Assembly: GCA_028023455.1 (NCBI GenBank)
Contig: JAQFVV010000005.1
Location: forward strand, 17,608,001 to 17,672,000
Length of the DNA: 64,000 bases
Direction of reading: 5' to 3'
Source: Epiperipatus broadwayi
Taxonomy: Eukaryota > Animalia > Onychophora
Shown in pieces: positions 1 to 9,402 of this stretch. The notes under the pieces were generated by a model that searched no databases, was not told the DNA's origin, and saw only the letters and a list, made by a program, of their open reading frames with translations. Each line of letters begins with the position of its first letter. Within the stretch, counting starts at the first letter, position 1. The position numbers and the translations under genes are program-made.

Positions 1-208
1 ACTTTTTTGTAAATTATTGTTGCTGCCCAAATTTTAATAAGATACATTAATTTTCTATTAAATTTTGGTTGCCCAAGTATGGATTTTTTTATGAATAACT
101 GTTTATATGTGTGATTCGAACTCAGACTTTCACACAACCCACTACTCTCAGTGCCATCTCATATTGCTGACCCACCTGATCACACACTTATTGAAAAGAT
201 AAATAATC

Positions 209-252
209 ACCAATATATGTATTTCATGCTAAACCAGCAATCATCAGTTGGT
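209..252 (-). ncRNA. Minimal type I hammerhead ribozyme (family A, inverted copy)
   Basis: Reverse complement reads accaa CTGATGA ttgctggtttagca t GAAA tacatata ttggt. Confidence 0.7.
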
Positions 253-321
253 CTAGATTACTATCCTCACACATAAATATAACCAGTGCTCAGCTTTATA
301 TTAAGATAGCCAATCTTTTAG

Positions 322-365
322 ACCAACTGATGATTGCTGGTTTAGCACGAAATACATATATTGGT
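322..365 (+). ncRNA. Minimal type I hammerhead ribozyme (family A)
   Basis: ACCAA-CTGATGA-T-TGCT ggttt AGCA-C-GAAA-T ACAT A-TA^-TTGGT; 5-bp stem I, 4-bp stem II, short stem III; predicted cleavage after 360. Confidence 0.75.
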
Positions 366-648
366 GATTATTTATCTTTTCAACATGTGTGTGATCAGGA
401 GGGTCAGCAATATGAGATGGCACTGAGAGTAGTGGGTCGTGTGAACGTCTGAGTTCGAATCCCACATATATTAATGTATAAATCCAGGTTTAAACCTGTG
501 CAATGTATTAATAACTGTTTATATTTATTAAAAAGGGATGGTGGTTAATGAAAGCGAATTTATTTAAGTAAAACTAAAATAAACAATGACATTTTTATTG
601 ATTCTGATGATCAATTTAAAATTATTGTTGGCCTTTTTATAAAAAGTC

Positions 649-760
649 AAAATTTATAAAAAGATGCATTTTTTAAAAAAAATAATGAAAAAATATTTTT
701 GTTTCAAAATTTATAAAAAGATGCATTTTTTAAAAAAAATAATGAAAAAATATTTTTGCT
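649..760. repeat. Local tandem duplication (~57 bp x2)
   Basis: aaaatttataaaaagatgcattttttaaaaaaaataatgaaaaaatattttt repeated. Confidence 0.8.
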
Positions 761-3107
761 TTCATATCTAATCCATTAATGATGTAAATATCTTCAGAGA
801 ATCAAACTTTTTTAAAAGTATTAACTTTTTATGTATGTATAAAAAATACACGTAGAGACAAAAAAGAACTTACATAAATTAAAATTTCTAAAAGAAATGA
901 AATTATTTAGATGTTTAGTAATAAAATTGGGAAGGCGGAAGTATATATACTAGCAAAAGAATTAATGGGCTTTATTAATTCCTTTTTTACACTGAGATTA
1001 AAATCAGATAAAAAAAAAACAAAAACAAAACATTTGTCAATAACTAACAAAATATAGGCTAGTCAAAAGATTATTATTATAAGTACACTAAATCGATTTC
1101 TGGCAATCTTATGAATGATTTAGATATACAATACCACAAAACTTTCAAACTCTTCACATATGAAAAAAAAAAAATCCCCAAAATACATTTCTGTCTGAAC
1201 CACCTATCATCATTTAGCCCAAAACTTTATCCTCCATATATCATTTCTATCACAGTTCAGTATTTACACATTAAAAATTATTTCATTTCAATTGATTGCA
1301 CTCATTCAATGATAACATATTTAGATAAATACATAAATGATTATTAGTAATCCTCTACTAAGCTAGAAATTATTGTTTAATTTGTAATCCTCATATAAAC
1401 TTAAAACTTAATTGAAGATTAATACATCAATTATTAAATACATGCATGAATATTATTCATTTAACTCTTACATTGTTTTTGAATCATGCATGATACTTTA
1501 GACATACTATGAAGCTTTCAATCTCTATATACGCTTAACACATAATCATAAAAACATATAAATAGGCAAATTATTGCCCAAGATGCATTTCAATCTGCTC
1601 TAATCCCCATGATTTAAGTTTGTGGACATGTTGGTAAAAGAAATGACAGCTGAAGAATTAAACTGGATCTCAAAAAAATTATTTAAAACTTAGAAAAATA
1701 CTGCATGTAGAGTGGATGAATCAGACAATCTTGCAACAGATTGATAATTGCTAACAAGGATGATGATTTATGAGTAGAATATGATTGGTTTCTTGGAAAT
1801 AGTTTAAAATGAAACTTCACTGATGATATAACTATGATCAGCAATTACCTTTCTGCATTGCTGTCTGGAATTAAGATAGACTTACAAAAATATCCAATAT
1901 AGTTAGTTACTTGCAAACTACTCTGACATTCAAACATCAAGCTGAAGATGAAACAAATTAATCCAGATTTTCATTTTAACTTACACAATTGAAAATTCAT
2001 CCACATAAAATTGCATAAAGCAATAAAAAACAATAAAATGATTTCACTGCTTCCAAGTTCATAAGTATTTTGAATGCCAGGAAGTGACAGAATTAGATTG
2101 TGACTATTAACTATAAGTTTCAGAATTTTCCTCTCTACCAAAACATATAAGGAACAGAGCAATCCAGACAGTGATTAAGCATTAAGAAATCAAAAGCAGA
2201 AAGAGATATTTTAAAATAAATTAGTATTGTTTTCTCACTTTTCTGTAAGCAAAAACTTACTACATATAAATTATAAATTTTCTTCAACTTCATTAGAATT
2301 TTTGATATCATGTGACCAAATAGAAGTATGCCATTTCTGAATGTGTTACATGCTTTTATTTGGTTGCATAATATTAAGAATTCTCTGAAAGATATTTTTT
2401 AGTGCATTTAAATGGGAAAGAAAAGAATTTCTTTATTTTATATATATTATTTTTATATAGTTTCAGAAATTAGGAATGAAGTAAATTTAGATACAATTAA
2501 ATACTATCTCATGTCGAGAGTACTGAATTCCAAATAAATTTAAAATTTTCATTAATTTTTGGCAAAAATTATTTGCGAAGTTTAAAAAAAAGTAAATATT
2601 GTCACCAGGATATATATATATGAACGCAAAGTTGCAACTAAATCGGAAATTGAAAGTGTGAAAATTGATTACAGGATTTTAGAAAGACTGACAAAAAGAA
2701 TAGATAACATAAAAAGCACATAATTAATTAGTTTTTCTGGTGCTTTCTTATATTTCTTTGTATTAAAATAACTGAATAATTTGTTATTCTGAGGTTCATA
2801 TAAAATTTTATTTGATGTTTAAGCACTGGAAGTGACAAAATTGAGCTACGATCTGTTAATACTGGGCTCTCTATAAGTAACCATTTTATCACTGCAGGAC
2901 ATTATTTGCATTGAACTTACTGTGTGGATATGTTGTTTTATGTTGAAATACTTCAATTCTATTTTTATTATCAAACTCTAACAAGATTAAAAATGATTGA
3001 TAGTTACAATCAAAACATATTAAAATACTAAAAAGATTCAGATTTTGGTTTTATTATCAGTTTAATAATTTGTAATGTCTTTTCTTATTTAATATACATG
3101 ATTAAAA

Positions 3108-3428
3108 TAGTGTTTTCCTGAAGATGTGTGATGCTGGTGTTCTAGTTGTATTTTTATATTGGACTATTTCCATCATCTAATACGTGTATTGAATATGTGT
3201 AGAAAAAATTAACTTTATTTAAATATTCCAAATACATTCAACTGTTAGTAATAACACACCTAACAGGTTAGTATATGCACAATGTTTTGAAAGGTATTAT
3301 TCTTCCTCTTCTTCAGGTGTTGCTGGCCTGACCAGTGACAGCACTAGCATGGGATTTGAACCTGGATCCTTAGATTCTTGATTATTGAATTTTAAAAAAA
3401 TGCTCTAACCAACTAAGGCTCCTCCTGA
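3108..3428 (-). repeat. PLE 3' pseudo-LTR with tRNA-like head and decayed hammerhead (3278-3319)
   Basis: Minus strand: TTAGTTGGTTAGAGC (A-box-like), GGTTCAAATCCC (B-box), then CTGAAGA agagg..cctt tCAAAACATTGTG. Confidence 0.85.
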
Positions 3429-3455
3429 TTTCTCCACTTTTTTCTAAGAGCAAAG

Positions 3456-5653
3456 CTAATTAGTGGTTGTCACACTAGGTTGCCTTATGGGATTTTTTGC
3501 CATTGTCATGTGAACAGCTTCTTTAAATTTTCCTCTTTGTACTGTTTCTTCTTTATCCAATAATTTTGTATTTCCCCAATTGAACATATGTTCATTGATG
3601 CATACATAGTCTGCTACCTTAGACACATCTGTTTTCTCTCTTCTAATCACCAGATTATGTTATAGCAAGTGCTTTTCAATGGGACAACTGGTCTCACCAA
3701 CATATATTCTTCCACATTCACATGGTATTTCATAGATGCAGTTTTTTCTTTTCAGCATTTCATGTTTAGGCTTTGTAGATGTTAGAATTCATTGTAGTGT
3801 GATATGGCTCTGGAAAGCTGTTCTAATGTTATATTGACTGCATATTTTCCTTAATTTGTCTATTTTTTGGAATGTATGGGTGCAATATAGTATCAATAAT
3901 TGTCTTTTCTCTTGATGGTTCTTTTTGTTGTCTGTTTAATGTTTTCTTAATAATAGCTGATGGATAACTATTTTTCATAAGAGTTTGTTCTACATAGATT
4001 TTTTCTTTCTCCAAATTGCTGGTTTCTGAATAAACTTCTTTTGCTCTGTTCCATAGTGATAGTATAACTCCATGTTTTATGTTTCTGATGTGATTGGATG
4101 TATAGGGTAGGTGTTTTCCTGTCTGTGTAGGTTTGTGGTAAATTGTAGTTTTGAATTTATCATGAGGGAGTCTTGTCACAAGAACATCTAAGTATGCCAA
4201 TTTTTGCTCTTGTTCTGATTCTATTGTGAATTTAATTGAAGGAGATATGTTGTTGATATGTTTCAAGAAAGTTTGTAGCAGTGCTTTACCATGTGCCATA
4301 CAACAAATGTGTCATCCACATAGAGAATAAACTTTAGGTGGATATGGAGTAGTTTTATGGCTGTGGTTTTAAGTTCTTCCATGTAAATATTGCTAATCAG
4401 GGGAGACAATTATGCAGAATGTTAATAGTTCTATTATACTATCAATAGGAAGAGCTGTTGTAGTCTGTAAACTATTATCACCATTTAATCTTTTCATTAT
4501 AATAGACAAGGCTTCTTCACACAGTACATTCATGAATAAACTTTCCACATCAAAGCTTACCAGTAAGTCAGTTCTTTCAATTTTCAAGTTCTTGATTAAT
4601 TCTACAAAGTGTCTAGAATCCTTGACAAAAAACTGGGTCTTATATGCCAAAGGACTTAAAACTTTGAGAAGGAAATCTTGCAAATTTTGGCAAGGTGAAT
4701 CTCTAGAATTAACAATAGGTGTTAATGTAACATGATCCTTATGGATTTTAAGTAGACCATAAAGATGAGAAATTTTGCTGAAATATAATGTTATTTTACT
4801 TTTTTCTGAATCAGTAAAGTACCTGTGATGCTTTCTGAGTAATGCTTGTAATTTTGTTTCTGTACTCGGTACCGGATTTTTTGCCACTTTCCTATATTGG
4901 CCTGCTGTGAGGAGTTCTTGTATTTTGTTGTCATAATCAGTTATATCCATTACAACTGCAGCATTGTCTTTGTCATCAGAGGAAATAATTATAGATTTAT
5001 CTACTTTGAGAGTTTTAATTGCATTCCTCTCACCATAGGATATGTTTGACTTCAATTTTTGTTGTTTGTCAAGTTTTCTTTTTATTTTCCAGCATAATTT
5101 TGCTGCTTCTTCTAAAGGCAATTTTTGAGTGACTTCCTTGGTGGTTGCCATTATATCTAATAAAGGGATATTAGATAGTGTTATGGCAAAGTTAATCCTC
5201 TTTTAAGAACAAAAATTTCAGTATCTGTTAGATGTTTAGAACAGATTTTTAATGGATGAAACTGTTACATTGCTTGGTGCATTATGATTTTTGATATGTC
5301 CAAGTAGGTTAGCAAGTTTCTTCTTTTGCCATTCTTTTATTTTTCCATTTAATGTAGAATATGATTTTCTTACTGGTTGAGAAACTCTCATGTAATCATT
5401 ATCAGTGTTTATTTTTTAGAAAACATTCTACATTATTAATGGAATGCATCATTTGATACTTAGAAAATCTTTGAGCATTTATTCTTACTCTTAACAGAGC
5501 TTCACTTCCTCTCTGAGTAATTTTTTCAGCTCTCTGAGAGTGAATTGGAGATTTTAATTGCAAATCTTTAGGAATTATTCCTTCAGATTTACATTTACAT
5601 AAGAAAGTTAAATGATTTTCTACTTTGACCAGCTTAGACATAATTTTTTTCAT
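3456..5653 (-). pseudogene. PLE reverse transcriptase / GIY-YIG endonuclease ORF, fragmented
   Basis: N-term LCKCKSEGIIPKDL; DKDNAAVVMD, YGLLKIHKD, VSFDVESLFMNV; off-track frame SPLISNIYME...YVDDTFVVW (~4290-4400); FTIESEQEQKLAYLDV, YHKPT; CIYEIPCECGRIYVGET (GIY-YIG, ~3690-3740). The QxxGxPMG motif is deleted; several stops and frameshifts. Confidence 0.92.
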
Positions 5654-5687
5654 AATGTCTATAGTTTGATATAGTATCAGGTTAGAT

Positions 5688-5990
5688 TTGTGATGCTGGT
5701 GTTCTAGTTGTATTTTTATATTGGACTATTTCCATCATCTAATATGTATATTGAATGTCTTTAGAAAAAATTAACTTTATTTAAATATTCCAAATAAATT
5801 CAACTGTTAGTAATAGCACGTCAATCAGGTTAGTATATGCACAATGTTTTGAGAGGTATTAGTCTCTCCTCTTCTTCAGGGGTTGCTGGCCTGACCAGTG
5901 ACAGTACTAGCATGGGATTCAAACTTGGACTATTAGATTCTTGATTAATGAATTTTAAGGTAACGATCTAACCAACTAAGCCATTCTGCC
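5688..5990 (-). repeat. PLE 5' pseudo-LTR with tRNA-like head and decayed hammerhead (5840-5882)
   Basis: Direct repeat of 3127-3420; minus strand GGCAGAATGGCTTAGTTGGTTAGA ... AGTTTGAATCCC ... CTGAAGA AGAGG agagactaata CCTCT CAAAACATTGTG. Confidence 0.85.
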
Positions 5991-6334
5991 AAAGACAACA
6001 GTCAGTAGAAATGATTAAAGTAGAATTATAAAGAATTGTGAAAAAAGAAAAAAAGTGAGGATTATTGCTTAGATTATAAAGTTCATAAAGTACTATTACT
6101 TTATATGACCTTCTTCTTTCAATTCATTTTATATAGTGGTAATATCTATTCCACTGCATGTGTTATAAATTTCTAATGAAATTTAAGCCAAATAGTCAGA
6201 AAACACTGTCTACATCTCAAATATTGATTAATTGTCATCTATTGTAACTGTCACATCTCACCTTAGACTTGTCCACTGAGAATTCATCATCACGAACTTA
6301 TGCATTTACAGATAGATAAAGCATAGTCAATGGC

Positions 6335-7800
6335 ACGAATAGGCCAATAGGTGATGAAGCTCACTGAATCCAAATGTTTTCATTAAAAATGGATATATGG
6401 CAATAAATAGTCAGTCTTTTTAAAGTTAGGGTCAGAGAACTACTGTCAAACCTGAACACCACTGAATACATTCTCCAGAGAACTACTGTTAAACCTGAAA
6501 AACAGTATACATGTTCTCCAGTCAAAATCCATCAAAGTTAAACAATTGAACAGTGAGGCAAGTATATCTTCAGGACTGAAAGCTGCTAGAACCAAACACT
6601 GACATGATGCAAGCTGGGAAGTGAAAGAAACATCTATAAGGGCATGTGCAGTCCTTTCTTTTGGAAGGTATACCTCACCAACAGTAGTTGGCAGAATATA
6701 GCCATTACAAATCAAGTGTATATGTGTTTTTATATTCTGTATTAACTATAACATTAGAAATGTATTTACATGTGTTTGAATTTACATTAGTTTGTAATTA
6801 CATGAGTCGGTGAACATTAAATCATATATGTAATCCAGACAAAACATAATTGTTGGCAAGGTCAACAGGATAAATGGCATTAAAAAATTTCATGACAATC
6901 TTTATGGTCAATTGTTCATGGTACAGACTGATCATAGACTCTTCTTGGGTATTGTTGTGTCATTCTGAGGGGAAAAAGCCACAAGTATCATCATTTGTCT
7001 GTCAGTTTGGAACTGAACCTGCTGTCGGTTTGGAACTGAACCTGCAAATTTAGCCAAACACAACAGATCTGGCACAGTTAGACAAAAAATTTTCCCTCAC
7101 AGCTAAACAATTATAACTAAACTCATTATAGAAAGATGTGCATTCTTAGGTTGTGAATATATTTTATTTTATTTTTTAAAAATTACATTCGCCTTAATTC
7201 CATTACGGTGATTTTTTTAAACCACGTAAATCTGTCAAATAAAAATTTACCACAAACATAAAGGCATGTCAATTTGAAGGTATAGCCAATCACAGGAGAC
7301 TCACAACACAGCAACAAAAGTTTGCTGTAGTGGTTTAAAAGCTTTGTTGAGTTAGTTACAACAATGTAATTGTAAAATTAAAAATAATTACGAGTGGTAT
7401 CTCACATAAATAAATAAATATGGCTAATGCAATTGGCTCTATAGAAGCTTTTGAACTGGTGCAACCTAAGGGCTGATCAAATTATAAGGAGCACTTCCTA
7501 TGTCTTTACAAATAGTTGCCAATGACAAGAACAGGCCAATAGGTGATGATGGTCATTGAATCCAAATTTTTTCATTAAGAATGGATATCTTGCAATAAAT
7601 AATGTCTTTTTCAAGATAGGGTCAGAGAACTATCAAACCTGAACTGCAGTATATATGTTTTCCAGAGAACTACTGTTAAACCTGAAAAACAGTAAACAAG
7701 TTCTACAGCCAAAAGCTATGAAAGCTAAACAAGTGAGCAATGAGGCAAGTCCACCTCCACAACTGAAAATTGCTAAAACCAAATATTGGCATGAGGTAAG
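6335..7800 (+). repeat. Diverged ~300 bp direct repeats (about 6335-6620 and 7527-7800)
   Basis: Shared aggccaataggtgatga...gggtcagagaactactgttaaacctgaaaaacagt...gaggcaagt blocks, each with an internal sub-repeat. Confidence 0.7.
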
Positions 7801-8328
7801 CTATCATAATTCAGCCAGAAGGATCCCCATACCTACTCATAGGCTGCCAAGTTTCAGCATGAAGTGGGAGGGAAATCTACAAGGGCACACCCACATAGGT
7901 AGAGACTGGTTTCTATCCATTTTTAACACCTTGTGGAGGGTTGTAATTATAAACACATGGCCAAAGACATATAAAAAAATCTATGAACCCCAAGATGCAC
8001 ATTTTGTGCTGAATCAGCACTCATCAGTTGTCCAAATCACAATCTCTTACACACACCTTTATTAAGTGAATAATCTCTAGTCTAATGGATGACTAACAAA
8101 AATTATTATTATATCATTTAAAAATATAAGGTTTATACTCACTTCAATGAATGTTAAAGCAATAAGATATTATAATCACCTGACACCTATTATAATTATA
8201 AACAGTAAATTGCTAAAACTTACCAACCCACTTCCCCCATATAAATTAAATTTTTAAAAAATGTTGGTGTAATACTTATGAGAATTTCTGATAATAGATA
8301 TTTTAAAATATTAAAATGTGATACTGAC

Positions 8329-8436
8329 CACTTTGTGTAGTCTTCGAACTTCCTCTTGGCGTGTCCGCAATTCTCCCACAGCTTCCTGGTGCTCTTTTTC
8401 CAGTTCCTTCCGCTTTTCAGCGGTTTCACGCATATG
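8329..8436 (-). CDS. Rbp: Coding exon of host RIM-binding protein gene (coiled-coil region)
   Basis: ttttag acceptor at 8438-8437, GTCAGT donor from 8328; 108 nt phase 0-0 exon translates HMRETAEKRKELEKEHQEAVGELRTRQEEVRRLHKV, resembling the RIMBP1/RIMBP2 segment HMREVAQRRQQLEVEHEQARLSLREKQEEVRRLQQ (recalled, not searched). Not in the supplied ORF track in this frame. Confidence 0.8.
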
Positions 8437-9012
8437 CTAAAATCAAAATAAAAATAAATAAATAAATAAAGCACAAAAAAGTAAAACAAACACTAACTAT
8501 GAAATTGCTGTTATTAAATAAATATAGACAATAAATGCAATGCCTCTAACATAGTACAAAAAAAAAAATCTATTTATAATCAAAAAATGAATAACTTTTT
8601 GTTTGCAAGGTAAATTACTTTTACACTAAAGGGTGTTACATTAACACAGTTAGTGCTTAAAAGTAAAAGTTTATCTCTCCAATTATTAATAGAGCACACA
8701 ATTTAATCTTTATATAATTAATGCAGAAAGGAATGATTTCTCTTTGAAACTTTAAAGAGACCAAGAAGGACAAATTTCTAATATCAACTCTATATGTGCC
8801 TGTCATTGAAGCTGTTATACTGTAAAATTATTCATCTAGTAACTAGTTGGGTTGATCCTCAACATTCACTAGCCAAAAGATTATAGAACATCATGATTTT
8901 TTTTCTCAGTTGCATGATAATTCTGAATTGAAATATTGATTGAATTTTCTTGAAGACAGGATAAATGTATGTGTGGATGAATTAAATATATACAAATATG
9001 TATTGTATAAAT

Positions 9013-9180
9013 GGCTGCAGAAAGGAGTTTGCTATTAACTGAAAGGAGACCCTTTGATTCCTCTTGGAGGCCTTAAAGGAACCGAGCAGGGCAAATTCCT
9101 AATGTCCACTCCATACGTTCTTGTCGTTGCAGCTGTTATTACTATATGTTTATTCATATAGTATACGAACATGGATGGGC
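9013..9180 (+). ncRNA. HDV-like (CPEB3-type) self-cleaving ribozyme at RTE 5' end
   Basis: P1 GGCTGCA 9013-9019 / TGCAGCT 9128-9134 (G.U at cleavage site); P2 GTCCAcTCCAT 9104-9114 / ATGGATGGGC 9171-9180; P3 ACG/CGT with L3 TTCTTGT; J1/4 GT; P4 TACTATATG/CATATAGTA; J4/2 CGAA with catalytic C at 9166; long J1/2 (9020-9103). Confidence 0.85.
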
Positions 9181-9402
9181 TGCTCACCAACACGCATTAG
9201 CCAGCGTGGTGAGTTTATTGGCTTTTTACCTCTGAGTTTAAGATCAAGAAACACCATGGTCTTTCTTCTCAGTGCCTGATAAGGCAGAATGAATGTTTGT
9301 GTAAATGATAAAGATTTTTCCCAATTATATAATTATGACAGACAAAAATAAAGCATGGCCCTTAATCCCAGGAGGCTGTAAAGTCACCAACCAAGGCAGC
9401 GG

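Larger units (their letters stand above)
109..509. mobile_element. Non-coding head-to-head hammerhead element (family A; Penelope pLTR/retrozyme-like)
   Basis: Inverted arms ~104-256 and ~318-470, each with a hammerhead; flanked by 15-bp direct repeat aataactgtttatat (94-108 and 510-524); B-box-like GAGTTCGAATCCC at 451-463. Confidence 0.8.
3108..5990 (-). mobile_element. Penelope-like retroelement (PLE), decayed, with pseudo-LTR at both ends
   Basis: RT + GIY-YIG fragments flanked by ~300 bp direct repeats (3108-3428, 5688-5990) that contain decayed hammerhead cores. Confidence 0.92.

Noticed and set aside
1849-1864. Possible 16-nt microexon (ttccag/ACAGCAATGCAGAAAG/gtaatt) on the minus strand
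   Set aside because: Peptide does not match the expected next RIM-BP segment; could be chance splice-like signals.
6345-7570. gtgatgatggtcattgaatccaaa as a hammerhead in the 6.3/7.5 kb repeats
   Set aside because: C3 and GAAA missing and stem II incomplete in both copies.
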